Assembly: GCA_037969075.1 (NCBI GenBank)
Contig: JBBKWS010000065.1
Location: 1-43,623, forward strand
DNA length: 43,623 nucleotides
Reading direction: 5' to 3'
DNA from: Bdellovibrionales bacterium
Lineage (GTDB): Bacteria > Bdellovibrionota > Bdellovibrionia > Bdellovibrionales > UBA840
Both the position numbers and the translations under genes were made by a program. Positions 8,426 through 18,535 of the stretch are shown piece after piece (position 1 is the stretch's first letter; every line of letters begins with the position of its first letter). The notes beneath the pieces are model-generated. The model ran no database searches. It saw nothing but the letters and a program-made list of their open reading frames with translations, and was not told the DNA's origin.

Positions 8426-9484
8426 CTAGAGTGTCGTTATCCAAGAAAAACGGTCTTCGCTTACGCCGTATTGTATCGACGTCAGCGCTTCGAACAATTT
8501 TGAGGATACGGGGCCAACCTGGTTCTGATTGATCTTTATGCTCCAATCAGCTGAGGTTAATTCTCCGACAGGACTGATTACTGCCGCAGTTCCTGTTCCA
8601 AACATTTCTAAAAGCTCGCCGCTTTGTGAAGCATGTAGAACCTCGTTGATTTTAATTTTTCGCTCCACCACATTTTTTCCCCAGGATTTTAATAAGGTAA
8701 TCGCAGAGTCTCTTACATTGCCGCCAAGTATGGTTCCACCCAAAGCTGGAGTCACAATCTCGTCTTTGAATACAAAAAACACATTCATTGTTCCAACTTC
8801 TTCAACATATTCTTTTTGAATGTCTAACCATAAAACTTGTGCAAAACCTTTTTCCTTCGCGATTGATGCGGCCATTAGACTTCCTGCGTAATTCGCAGCA
8901 GCCTTAGTTGCTCCTAGCCCACCAGGAGCCGCACGTAGAAAATCTTTTTCTACCCAGATTTTTACAGGAGCTGTTCCTTCAGTATAATACGAACTTACTG
9001 GAGATAAAATTACATAAAATATGTATTCGTGTGAGGGGCGAACACCTAAGAAACCCTCGGTAGCAATTAAAGTTGGTCTAATATAGAGCGCTGCATTTTT
9101 TGTGGTTGGTATCCAATCTTTGTCCGCATTGACTACCGCTTGTATTCCTTCAAAAAATAATTCCTTGGGAGGTGACTTCATACAAAGTCTTTCGGCACCG
9201 TCGGTAAGCCTTCTCCAATTAAAATCCGGTCTAAATAGTGCGATATTACCATTTTGTTGTTTAAACGCTTTCATTCCCTCAAACAAAGCTTGCCCATAGT
9301 GTAAAACACTGGCCGCTGGATTCAACTCTAGTGGAGCATAAGGAACGACTCGAGGATTGTACCACCCTTTTTCTAAGTTATAATTTGCAATAAACATATG
9401 ATCAGTAAAATATTTACCAAAACCTAGATTGTTAAAGTCAGGTTTCACTTTCGGATGCTGAGAATAGGTAGTTGTAATTTTCAT
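8426..9484 (-). CDS. ilvE: Branched-chain amino acid aminotransferase
   Basis: FGKYFTDHM, LHYGQALFEGMKA, LYIRP, PLP lysine in KAAANYA, EEVGTMN, FGTGTAAVISPVG. Confidence 0.96.
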   Translation of the reverse strand: MKITTTYSQHPKVKPDFNNLGFGKYFTDHMFIANYNLEKGWYNPRVVPYAPLELNPAASVLHYGQALFEGMKAFKQQNGNIALFRPDFNWRRLTDGAERLCMKSPPKELFFEGIQAVVNADKDWIPTTKNAALYIRPTLIATEGFLGVRPSHEYIFYVILSPVSSYYTEGTAPVKIWVEKDFLRAAPGGLGATKAAANYAGSLMAASIAKEKGFAQVLWLDIQKEYVEEVGTMNVFFVFKDEIVTPALGGTILGGNVRDSAITLLKSWGKNVVERKIKINEVLHASQSGELLEMFGTGTAAVISPVGELTSADWSIKINQNQVGPVSSKLFEALTSIQYGVSEDRFSWITTL

Positions 9485-9530
9485 CGAAAATTAGACTAGC
9501 ATAGTTTTTTATATTTGTCGCAATAAAGAA

Positions 9531-10421
9531 TTAGAGAACAGGGCGATACATTGCTGGTAAATCAGCTCCTAATTCCATCAGAGAGTAAGAGGATTTTTCA
9601 TTTAATAGCTTTTGAATAAGCTTATTCATCACCTCATGTCCTGCACGAAATAAAATAATGTGACCCAAAAGGGGCATGCCAAGAGTAGCAAGGTCCCCAA
9701 GCGCATCTAAGGCTTTATGCCTAACAAACTCATCTTTCCAACGAAGCCCTTCTTCATTAAGAACTTTTACCTGATCTAGCACTACAGCATTTTTAAGACT
9801 ACCACCTAGGGCGAGCCCCGCTTTTTGCATAGCTTCAACATCTTTTAAAAACCCAAATGTTCTTGCCCTAGCTAACTCTTTTTCAAATGAGCTTTGGGTG
9901 ATATCAATATCAATTTTTTGAATACCAATTTCTGGGTGATCAAATGCAATTTCACAAGTAATACGAAGCCCATTGTAAGGAACAATATAGGCATGTTTTT
10001 GTCCATCGCTATAATAAACTGGCTTGGTAACTCTGCAGTACTTTCTTGGTTGCTCTTGTTCAACCACTCCGGCTTCAACCAATGCCGAGTAGAACTCAAT
10101 GGATGAGCCATCTACAATAGGAATTTCTGGTCCCTGTAATTCAATAATTAAATTATCTATTCGAAGAGCAGATACCGCTGACAAACAATGTTCAACTGTC
10201 GAAATAGAAAAATATTCTCCGCCCAATGTAGTTGCCATGTTAGTGGCTTGCACAAACTGCGCTTTGGGTGATACGTGCGGCTCTCCCGGTAAATCGCGCC
10301 TAACAAAATGTACCCCTGTATTATCGGGAGCTGGACAAAAGGTCAGGCTTGCAGGTTTTCCGGTGTGTAAACCTATACCATCGACTTTAATTTTTTTGCG
10401 TATTGTGCGCTGTAAATACAT
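9531..10421 (-). CDS. lpxC: UDP-3-O-acyl-N-acetylglucosamine deacetylase
   Basis: QRTI..GIGLHTG, STVEHCLSA, ARARTFGF, EFVRHKALDALGDL; probable start MYLQ at 10421 (ORF extends to 10454). Confidence 0.96.
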   Translation of the reverse strand: MYLQRTIRKKIKVDGIGLHTGKPASLTFCPAPDNTGVHFVRRDLPGEPHVSPKAQFVQATNMATTLGGEYFSISTVEHCLSAVSALRIDNLIIELQGPEIPIVDGSSIEFYSALVEAGVVEQEQPRKYCRVTKPVYYSDGQKHAYIVPYNGLRITCEIAFDHPEIGIQKIDIDITQSSFEKELARARTFGFLKDVEAMQKAGLALGGSLKNAVVLDQVKVLNEEGLRWKDEFVRHKALDALGDLATLGMPLLGHIILFRAGHEVMNKLIQKLLNEKSSYSLMELGADLPAMYRPVL

Positions 10422-10471
10422 ATATAACTTAGTTATATCACCAGCTTGATTCATTTGCTACACTATTTATA

Positions 10472-10708
10472 ATGAAGAAATTTCTACCCATCTTATTACT
10501 TTTCCTCTGCGCTTGTGCCACAGAAGAAATAGATAATGGAGCAAGGCCACACCCTGCTGCTTATTCGATGGATGGTTTTACTCCCCCAGTTCCAAGACCT
10601 GAAAGAGAACCTAAAAAATTAAAATTTTACTTTAAAGAATGTAGTGTCAATGACAGTAAGTCTTATTACTCGACAACATCTTATTTTTGTGACGATCTAA
10701 ATAATTAA
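10472..10708 (+). CDS. Small lipoprotein
   Basis: MKKFLPILLLFLCA-C lipobox; Pro-rich linker; C-terminal cysteine pair. Confidence 0.75.
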   Translation: MKKFLPILLLFLCACATEEIDNGARPHPAAYSMDGFTPPVPRPEREPKKLKFYFKECSVNDSKSYYSTTSYFCDDLNN

Positions 10709-11742
10709 ACTTCTGTTTCAGTTGTGGCACTTGCTTTTTGCTTAGGTTTTTTAATTCCTAAATGCGTATAGGCTGCATCTGTTGCGATTCGCCCTCGGGG
10801 GGTTTTTTGAATAAAGCCCTCTTGCAATAGAAATGGTTCATACATCTCTTCTAGAGTGCCACGATCTTCACTTAACGACGCACTCAATGTATCAATTCCT
10901 GCAGGGCCACCTTGAAATTTTTCGCAAAGTGCTAACAATATCTGACGATCCATAGGATCTAAACCACGTCTATCAACATCTAAATGGTTGAGTGCATAGT
11001 CAGCTGTCTCTAGTGAAATTGTTTTTTCATCTTTAACTTGCGCGTAATCCCGAACTCGCTTTAACAATCTATTCGCAATACGTGGAGTTGCACGACATCT
11101 TTTAGCAATTTCAAGAGCAGCATTTTCATCTAAGTTAACACCTAGTAAGCTCGCTGAACGGGTTACAATTTGTACAATATCTTTGATTTGATAAAAACTA
11201 AGTCTTTCTACTATTCCAAAACGATCTAAAAATGGTTTATCCATCAAACCGGCTCGTGTAGTTGCTCCGATAAGGGTAAACGGCGCTAATTTAAATTTCA
11301 TAACTCTAGCGCCTAGTCCTTCACCTGTAATAATATCTATGGTGAAATCTTCCATAGCCGAATATAAATACTCTTCGATAGTTTTATTTAATCTATGAAT
11401 TTCATCTATAAATAAAATTGAATTTGGTTTTAAACTAGTTAATACAGCCGCAAGCTCTCCCTTTTTATCTAAAGCCGGCCCTGATGTGACTTTGATCTCT
11501 CCACCCAATTCATTAGCCACAATATGAGCTAGAGTTGTTTTTCCTAGCCCTGGAGGTCCACAGAATAAAGTATGATCTAATGTTTCTCCTCTGGCTTTTG
11601 CCGCTCTAACAAAGATATCCAGTTTTTCTTTAATTTTAGTTTGCCCCGGAAACTCACCAAATGTTTGAGGCCTAAGGCTGACTTCCCATTTTGTTTCACT
11701 ACTACTTGTAACAGCTGCATCACTAATGCGGTCCATACTCAC
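10705..11742 (-). CDS. ruvB: Holliday junction branch migration ATPase RuvB
   Basis: SLRPQTF, GPPGLGKTTLA, LFIDEIHRL, GATTRAG, EPFLLQEGFIQKTPRGR. Confidence 0.98.
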   Translation of the reverse strand: MSMDRISDAAVTSSSETKWEVSLRPQTFGEFPGQTKIKEKLDIFVRAAKARGETLDHTLFCGPPGLGKTTLAHIVANELGGEIKVTSGPALDKKGELAAVLTSLKPNSILFIDEIHRLNKTIEEYLYSAMEDFTIDIITGEGLGARVMKFKLAPFTLIGATTRAGLMDKPFLDRFGIVERLSFYQIKDIVQIVTRSASLLGVNLDENAALEIAKRCRATPRIANRLLKRVRDYAQVKDEKTISLETADYALNHLDVDRRGLDPMDRQILLALCEKFQGGPAGIDTLSASLSEDRGTLEEMYEPFLLQEGFIQKTPRGRIATDAAYTHLGIKKPKQKASATTETEV

Positions 11743-12309
11743 CTATATACTTGTTAAATGTTGCAGGGAGGTTCTTACTCCCTCTTCTACCGAAACCGAA
11801 TCATCTAACTTCTCAACTATTTTATCTATTTCTGCCAATTTAAATCCTAAATTAACTAAAGCTGATTGAATTTCATTTTTTGTAGCTGACTTTGGTTGCC
11901 ACTCTTCAGAAAGTACCAACTTACCTTTTAACGTTAAAATAATTTGTTCAGCGGTTTTTTTACCAACTTTAGGTAGTTGCGTAAGTGCTTTTACGTCATT
12001 GGATTCTACCCACTCACAAATCTTTTGAATGGTTGCTCCTGATAAAATTTGGGTGGCCATTTTAGGGCCGACGCCATTTACTTTTATAAGAGATAAAAAT
12101 AAATCTTTCTCAGTCATTGTCGAAAAACCAAAAAGCTGAATGGCATCTTCTTTTACATTCGTAAACACAAAAAGCCTGACTCGTGTTTTACCTAGTAAAT
12201 CGTCGATCGTAGTTTGAGAACAAAGTAGTTCATAGCCCACTCCATTCACTAAGATAATGACACTACCATCTGCTGTCGAAAACAAATCACCTTCAATATA
12301 AGCTATCAT
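11743..12309 (-). CDS. ruvA: Holliday junction branch migration protein RuvA
   Basis: MIAYIEG, VNGVGYE, LFGF, VNGVGPKMA, PKVGKKTAEQIILTL; abuts ruvB. Confidence 0.97.
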   Translation of the reverse strand: MIAYIEGDLFSTADGSVIILVNGVGYELLCSQTTIDDLLGKTRVRLFVFTNVKEDAIQLFGFSTMTEKDLFLSLIKVNGVGPKMATQILSGATIQKICEWVESNDVKALTQLPKVGKKTAEQIILTLKGKLVLSEEWQPKSATKNEIQSALVNLGFKLAEIDKIVEKLDDSVSVEEGVRTSLQHLTSI

Positions 12310-12382
12310 TGAGCCCCCAATATTTATATCAAACTAGAAAAACCACATAAAATCCATGGAAAAATGAAAGTTTTGCGTAGCT

Positions 12383-12826
12383 TCAATCTTTTACTTCCAA
12401 AATAAATGTAACTGGACCGTCATTTTCTAACCCCACTTGCATATTTGCCTGAAAAATACCTGCCGAGACTTTTACGCCCAAAGTTTTGGCATACTCTACA
12501 GACTTTTCAAATAAGTCTTTAGAGCGAACAGGATCTTCAGCGGCCATAAAACTTGGTCGTTTTCCTTTCTTGCAATCAGCGACTAACGTAAACTGAGAGA
12601 CCAACAAGAGATCTGCATCTAAATCTTTTAGACTCAAATTCATCTTTCCATCTAAATCATTAAAAATCCGTAAATCCACAATTTTTTGAATTAGCTTTTC
12701 CATATGACGTGGCTCGTCTCCTTTTTGTACGCCCACTAAGCACAATATGCCTTTATTTATAGAGGCTACACTGGCCTCATTTACCTTCACATACCCGTGA
12801 TTTACTCGTTGTATGACTGCTATCAT
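12383..12826 (-). CDS. dtd: D-aminoacyl-tRNA deacylase
   Basis: MIAVIQRV, LRIF..GKMN, VSQFTL, KGKRPSF, NDGPVT. Confidence 0.96.
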   Translation of the reverse strand: MIAVIQRVNHGYVKVNEASVASINKGILCLVGVQKGDEPRHMEKLIQKIVDLRIFNDLDGKMNLSLKDLDADLLLVSQFTLVADCKKGKRPSFMAAEDPVRSKDLFEKSVEYAKTLGVKVSAGIFQANMQVGLENDGPVTFILEVKD

Positions 12827-12952
12827 TTCTACAACATCCTCTTGCCTTAATTTAAATATATTTTTCAGATCACTAAGATAGAGAATATATTTAACTTTTC
12901 AATCATTGATTTCTAACTTAGTATCAAAAAAAATACTTATCGGGGGAAATGA

Positions 12953-14638
12953 ATGGAACCAATCTGGCTTAAGAATTATCCAAAAGGCGTAAGACACAAA
13001 CTTGAGTTCGATCGCTACAACTCCATTATAGACGTGTTTGAAGAAAGTATTAAAAAATTTCCAACAAATCTTGCGTTTACAAACTTTAAAGCCGATTTAA
13101 CTTATAGCAACCTAGATACACTTAGTCGTAATTTTGCGGCCTATTTACAAAATCACCTAGGTCTTAAAAAAGGCGATAGACTAGCTATCCAAATGCCTAA
13201 CTTACTACAGTTTCCCGTAGTACTTTTTGGCGCACTAAGAGCTGGTTTGATTGTAACAAATATTAACCCTCTATACACAGAGCGAGAGATGGAGCATCAG
13301 CTAAAAGATTCTGGAGCTGAAACCATTGTGATTGTAACAAACTTTGCTAACAAATTAGAAGCAATAGTAAAAAACACTAAAATTAAAAACATTATTTTAA
13401 CTGAAGTTGCGGATTTAGTTCCATTTCCTAAATCATTAATTATCAACGCCTTAGTAAAATATGTAAAAAAGATGGTCCCTGTGTTTGATTTACCTCAAGC
13501 AAAAAAACTGAATCAATGCTTAGCTATCGGAAGCCAAAAAGAATTTAATAAACCAACAATTACATCTGCTGACACCGCTTTTCTACAATATACTGGGGGC
13601 ACTACAGGAGTTGCAAAGGGAGCTGAGCTTACTCACAAAAATATCGTTTCTAATATGCTGCAAATTCGCGAGTGGATGTCTCCGTTACTTAAAGAGGGTG
13701 AAGAACAAGCCATTAGCCCGCTTCCTATGTATCACATTTTTTCATTAACAGTAAATTGTCTAACTTTTATGAGTTTTGGCGCTAGAAATATTTTAATTAC
13801 AAACCCTAGGGATATCCCTGGCTATATTAAAGAAATCAAAGGCTATAAGTTTACTGTAATGGCTGGACTGAACACTCTATACAATGCCCTACTAAATAAT
13901 AAAGAATTTCAAAACGTTGATTTCTCTCATTTAAAAATATCTGTTGGCGGCGGCATGGCTATGCAAAAATCTGTCACCGAAAGATGGGAAAAAGTCACAG
14001 GCACAAGAATTGTTGAAGGCTTTGGACTTACCGAAACTTCACCTGTTATTTGTTGTAACCCTGTAGATGGGAGAGACCGCGTTGGAACAATTGGAATGCC
14101 CGTCCCTAACACAGAAATTCGAATCGTTGATGAAGAAGAAAAAGATGTGCCCGCTGGAGAATCTGGCGAGCTTTGGGCACGCGGACCACAAGTGATGAAA
14201 GGTTATTGGAATAAGCCTGATGAAACTGCAAAAGCAATTACTTCTGATGGTTGGTTTAAAACAGGCGATATCGCTGTGATGGAAGAGGATGGATTCTTTA
14301 AAATTGTGGACCGTAAAAAGGACATGATCTTAGTCTCAGGCTTTAATGTCTACCCAAATGAGCTTGAAGATGTAGTCGCAACAAATCCAAAAGTATTAGA
14401 AGTTGCAGCCATTGGCGTTATTGACGAAAAATGCGGAGAGGTTCCAAAACTTTTTGTTGTTAAAAAAGATGATTCGTTAACCATCGAAGAGCTAACAGCA
14501 TTTTGTAAAGAGAATCTTACTGGATACAAGAGACCTAAGTATATTGAGTTTATTAATGAATTGCCAAAATCTAATGTTGGAAAAATCTTAAGAAAAGACT
14601 TACGAGAATTAGAAAAAAATAAAAAAGCCGCTAAATAA
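12953..14638 (+). CDS. fadD: Long-chain-fatty-acid--CoA ligase
   Basis: LQYTGGTTGVAKG, EGFGLTET, GWFKTGD, IVDRKKDMILVSGFNVYPNE, LPKSNVGKILR. Confidence 0.95.
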   Translation: MEPIWLKNYPKGVRHKLEFDRYNSIIDVFEESIKKFPTNLAFTNFKADLTYSNLDTLSRNFAAYLQNHLGLKKGDRLAIQMPNLLQFPVVLFGALRAGLIVTNINPLYTEREMEHQLKDSGAETIVIVTNFANKLEAIVKNTKIKNIILTEVADLVPFPKSLIINALVKYVKKMVPVFDLPQAKKLNQCLAIGSQKEFNKPTITSADTAFLQYTGGTTGVAKGAELTHKNIVSNMLQIREWMSPLLKEGEEQAISPLPMYHIFSLTVNCLTFMSFGARNILITNPRDIPGYIKEIKGYKFTVMAGLNTLYNALLNNKEFQNVDFSHLKISVGGGMAMQKSVTERWEKVTGTRIVEGFGLTETSPVICCNPVDGRDRVGTIGMPVPNTEIRIVDEEEKDVPAGESGELWARGPQVMKGYWNKPDETAKAITSDGWFKTGDIAVMEEDGFFKIVDRKKDMILVSGFNVYPNELEDVVATNPKVLEVAAIGVIDEKCGEVPKLFVVKKDDSLTIEELTAFCKENLTGYKRPKYIEFINELPKSNVGKILRKDLRELEKNKKAAK

Positions 14639-14646
14639 TAGCGGCT
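14626..14646. terminator. Probable bidirectional terminator at the end of fadD
   Basis: AGCCGCTA-AATAA-TAGCGGCT hairpin with flanking A-run between convergent genes. Confidence 0.6.
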
Positions 14647-14652
14647 AAAGCC

Positions 14653-15303
14653 TTACAAGACTTCTACTAAATTTAGCTGATCGATTTTACCATCTTGGTC
14701 TTTATCGTGAAACTCACTTGCCGTATCAGAATAGGGAAAGATAGTTTCTGGCCCATTTAAAGCATCCACTACATAGGTGTATTTAACCCCGTGCAACCAC
14801 ACATTGAGCTTATTGATTACATGTAAAGTACCATCACCGTAGCTTGCACCTTTATAATCTGCACTTAAATTTTTCCAGTTTAGCCAATTGATTGCATCTT
14901 TAAATGCTAAAGTGACTCGCGCACAACAATCTGCATCGCACGTTTGTACCGCAGTTTCACTGACTGAAACTGAAACACAACTTATTACATCCCAAGGTTT
15001 TTTATATTTAGCTTTGCAAAGATCAGCAATCTCTCTAGCTTCTAATCTTGTAACATCTGAAACTACTCTTACGGTAAACTCTTTCCAATATTTTAAGGGA
15101 CTAGAATAATTAACCCAGTCCCAGACGATTTTGTATGTTGGAGTATCTGTGCTTGAACCAAAGAATTCTTTTTTTGTAGCTTCACTCCATGTTTTACCAA
15201 TGACCCACTCTTTGGCCTCAGACATTTTTATATCTTTTGGTTTATCGCGATTTAAATAATCAGCATGTAAAAAATAATGAAATACAAATATAGATAAAAA
15301 CAT
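14653..15303 (-). CDS. Hypothetical exported protein, putative Cys-His-Asp (transglutaminase/papain-like) catalytic fold
   Basis: Probable start MFLSIF at 15303 with SD; DCCAR...LHVIN...YVVDALNG; C-terminal DKDQDGKID. Confidence 0.55.
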   Translation of the reverse strand: MFLSIFVFHYFLHADYLNRDKPKDIKMSEAKEWVIGKTWSEATKKEFFGSSTDTPTYKIVWDWVNYSSPLKYWKEFTVRVVSDVTRLEAREIADLCKAKYKKPWDVISCVSVSVSETAVQTCDADCCARVTLAFKDAINWLNWKNLSADYKGASYGDGTLHVINKLNVWLHGVKYTYVVDALNGPETIFPYSDTASEFHDKDQDGKIDQLNLVEVL

Positions 15304-15435
15304 TCCCCACCCCTTGATAGAGGAGACTTTAGCCGCAAATATCACCTTTGTTTCTAAAGAACTTCATTTGAGTCCTGACTAGAAAATTATGCTCTGAATT
15401 TGGTGGGTGGTGTCACTTTGAATGGATAAAAAATA

Positions 15436-15942
15436 CTATAATTGAGTGGATGCTCCAAACTTCTCAAGAATCTCTAATCTAGTAGCATGATAATAAGCTA
15501 GAGCAAGGGCATCTGTTGCATCTAATTTTTCTACGCCAATCTCGGCCCCTATTAAATTTTGCAATAAAAAAGCAACCTGATCTTTTGTAGCATTTCCGCT
15601 ACCCGTGATCCCTTTTTTTACGGCCTTAGCAGAGTAAGTATAGCTTTGCGCACCGATTTTTTTGGCCTCGTACACACAGACACCACGCATATGCGCCAGT
15701 TGTAAACTTGATTTTATATTTTTTGCGGTAAATATCTCTTCGATGATTACTGCCTCTGGCTTAAACTCATTAAGAATTTTATTAATTTCAAGACCAATAC
15801 TTAATAGACGATCTTCAAAACTCAGAGTGCTCCTTACTGATACAGTACCGAACCGCAATAGCTTTAACTCATGGGCAGTCTTTTGAATCACACCATAACC
15901 GGTGTTATGTGTTCCTGGGTCTATTCCTAAAATAATCGCCAT
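15436..15942 (-). CDS. ruvC: Crossover junction endodeoxyribonuclease RuvC
   Basis: ILGIDPG...GYGVI, IEEIF, VKKGITGSGNATKDQV, DATDALALA. Confidence 0.97.
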   Translation of the reverse strand: MAIILGIDPGTHNTGYGVIQKTAHELKLLRFGTVSVRSTLSFEDRLLSIGLEINKILNEFKPEAVIIEEIFTAKNIKSSLQLAHMRGVCVYEAKKIGAQSYTYSAKAVKKGITGSGNATKDQVAFLLQNLIGAEIGVEKLDATDALALAYYHATRLEILEKFGASTQL

Positions 15943-16039
15943 ATTCTTCCTTAAACTATAAATATAGTGTAAATAATAATAAACCTCTTAGCAAGTTATC
16001 CTATTGATTTCATTTATGAAGAGTGCAAGACTATTTATA

Positions 16040-16816
16040 ATGAATAGCATCAATCCAGAGCTCATTGAGCGCTACCAAATCCTTTATCAAGAAGACCCTA
16101 AGTCTAAGGTTTTTGCTCCTCTTGCAGAAGCGTACAGAAAAATGGGAATGATTGAAGAAGCTCTGCAAGTCGCTAAAGAAGGCGTAGCCTTTCATCCACA
16201 CTTTCCCAGCGGGAGAGTCGCTTTAGCAAAGATTCTTTTAGAGAAAAAACAACTTGAGCAAGCGGCTGAGCACTTACAACATGCTGTTGATATTTCGCCC
16301 GAAAATATATTAGCGCAATCCCTTCTTGCTAAAACAATGATGGACTTGCGACGCCCAAAAGACGCACTCAAAGCTTATAAAATGCTCTTATTTTTAAATC
16401 CAGATCATAAAATAGCTCAAAATGCCGTTAAAAGATTAGAAAGTTTAAGCGCGGAAGATTTTGATTCGGATATATTTAGTTTTAAAAATTTAAAAGAAAA
16501 CTTAGATAATGTTGATTTTATAGATCGCCTGAATACTGAGACCGAACCTAAGGGTACATATCAAACACAAAGGTATTTAGAACGAATGATTTCACTCGCT
16601 GATGCTTTTATTGTCAGAAATGATGTGGAGAAAGCGATTCAAACTTTAGAAAAAGCCCAAGAGCGCCTTAAAAAGCAGCCTGAAATTGAACGCAGGCTAT
16701 TCATGCTACAAGACAGAAAACAAGACTCTGAGGATAGCGCCTCTCCCTCTACACAGACAAAAAAGATTGCCTTTTTAGAACGACTGCTGTTACGTATTAA
16801 TGAACGTAAAGTTTGA
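16040..16816 (+). CDS. Tetratricopeptide repeat protein
   Basis: DPKSKVFAPLAEAYRKMG and successive TPR helices; probable start MNSIN at 16040 (ORF extends to 16004). Confidence 0.85.
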   Translation: MNSINPELIERYQILYQEDPKSKVFAPLAEAYRKMGMIEEALQVAKEGVAFHPHFPSGRVALAKILLEKKQLEQAAEHLQHAVDISPENILAQSLLAKTMMDLRRPKDALKAYKMLLFLNPDHKIAQNAVKRLESLSAEDFDSDIFSFKNLKENLDNVDFIDRLNTETEPKGTYQTQRYLERMISLADAFIVRNDVEKAIQTLEKAQERLKKQPEIERRLFMLQDRKQDSEDSASPSTQTKKIAFLERLLLRINERKV

Positions 16817-16849
16817 TAACTTATTTAACAAGCTCATTCGCGGGGTAAT

Positions 16850-17413
16850 ATGCACGATACAAGTGATTTTAGAAAAGGCCTAAAAATTATGGTGGACGGA
16901 AGTCCCTATGTCATCACTGATTTTCAACATGTAAAACCTGGCAAAGGAAATCAATTCACTCGCACTAAAATGCGCAGTCTTCTTAGCGGATCAAACCTAG
17001 AAAGAACTTTTAAATCTGGTGAAAAATTTGAAGAACCAGATGTAGCTAACCGTGAAATGTCATTTTTGTACTCTGATGAAACTGGCTACCACTTTATGGA
17101 TCAAAAAAACTTTGAACAAGTTCTTATTACCCACCAAGACATGACCGATGAAAAAAGCTATCTTCTTGACGGTTTAGAAGTTGTAGTAATGTATTATAAC
17201 GGCAAGCCTGTCGGTATAACTGTACCTAATGCTGTAAACTTACCCGTTGCAGAAACCGAGCCCGCTATTAAAGGCGATCGTGTTAATGGCGCAACAAAAA
17301 CAGCCACACTGTCTACAGGTCTAGTTGTTCATGTACCCTTACACATCAAAGAGGGAGATGTACTACGCATAGATACGCGCACTGGTGAGTACGTAGAGAG
17401 AGTGAATAAGTAG
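16850..17413 (+). CDS. efp: Elongation factor P
   Basis: DFRKGLKI, QHVKPGKG, KTATLSTG..VPLHIKEGD..IDTRTGEYVERV. Confidence 0.98.
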   Translation: MHDTSDFRKGLKIMVDGSPYVITDFQHVKPGKGNQFTRTKMRSLLSGSNLERTFKSGEKFEEPDVANREMSFLYSDETGYHFMDQKNFEQVLITHQDMTDEKSYLLDGLEVVVMYYNGKPVGITVPNAVNLPVAETEPAIKGDRVNGATKTATLSTGLVVHVPLHIKEGDVLRIDTRTGEYVERVNK

Positions 17414-17497
17414 CCAGATTTTTGTCTTGGTTTAGTTCTTCTTTATACTCGTAGAAGTACTCGTCAACTTACTGATTTAATTAGATAATATTCATAG

Positions 17498-18535
17498 ATG
17501 CAAACACCTTTTGAAAGACACATTTCAGCTGCACTTAATGAGCATTCCCAAATCGATTTAGCAGTAGATCAATTACTCCGAGTTTGGAAAGATCGTGGCT
17601 GTAGCACTGAAGACACTTTAATATTATTTCAATTTTTATCTTCAAAAGGTTATCAACTCACCCTCTGTTCACAAATACACTTTTTATTAGACAAAAAACT
17701 CCCAATACCTTGGCTATTTGTTTTAGATGTATATGAAAAAAATAAAGACCTATTAAATTTTACTGCGAAAGAATTTTTAGATACTCTATTCACAGCTGCT
17801 ACTGATGACACAATTAAGTCTATTCTAAAATATACAAAATACGATTATTTAGACTCTAGGTTTGAAAAGCTTAGATCCGAATGGATCAGCAGAGAACTCG
17901 AAGGCAAACACCTTCGTAAAAAAGAACTACTCACTAAACTTATGCTCTTAAAGAATGAGAGATTGATTGAAGAGGAGAGAAAGTTATTCCACGTAGCTCT
18001 CGAAGAATTCCCAACAGACGAGGAGCTACTTCAGCGTTACAATGATTTTCAGATTCGCTATGCTGACAATATTTTTCAAAAAGCAGAAACAAAAAGAAAT
18101 CCTTTTTGGACAAAGATCTTCAAAAGAGAGTCTCCTTCAAAAGAAGACCCTTATGTAAAAGAAATGTTAAAACTAGCTAAAAAGTATCCGGCTGAGACTT
18201 ATTGGATCGCAAGCAGCTTGTTTTTATCTGAATGCTATTCAAGTTGTATTGATTTGTTGAACAATAAGCAAAATAGCACTATCGAAAAGTGGCTACTCTT
18301 AGAGGCATACATACAAGATCAGCAGTTTGTCCTAGCTCTAGAATACGCTAGAGAACTAGAGGAAGAGCTCAGGGATACTCCTGAAAACCTAATGTCATGT
18401 CTTTACTATCAAGCAGTTTGCCTTGAACAGTTAGGTAAAAAATCTGAGGCCATACAAATTTTAAAATCTATACTTAGCCACAATAAAAACTTTAAGATGG
18501 CACAGTACTTATTCGACCAGTGGAGTAGCGCGTGA
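17498..18535 (+). CDS. Helical/TPR-containing hypothetical protein
   Basis: C-terminal TPR LYYQAVCLEQLGKKSEAIQILKSI; overlaps the tamB start (GTGA). Confidence 0.75.
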   Translation: MQTPFERHISAALNEHSQIDLAVDQLLRVWKDRGCSTEDTLILFQFLSSKGYQLTLCSQIHFLLDKKLPIPWLFVLDVYEKNKDLLNFTAKEFLDTLFTAATDDTIKSILKYTKYDYLDSRFEKLRSEWISRELEGKHLRKKELLTKLMLLKNERLIEEERKLFHVALEEFPTDEELLQRYNDFQIRYADNIFQKAETKRNPFWTKIFKRESPSKEDPYVKEMLKLAKKYPAETYWIASSLFLSECYSSCIDLLNNKQNSTIEKWLLLEAYIQDQQFVLALEYARELEEELRDTPENLMSCLYYQAVCLEQLGKKSEAIQILKSILSHNKNFKMAQYLFDQWSSA

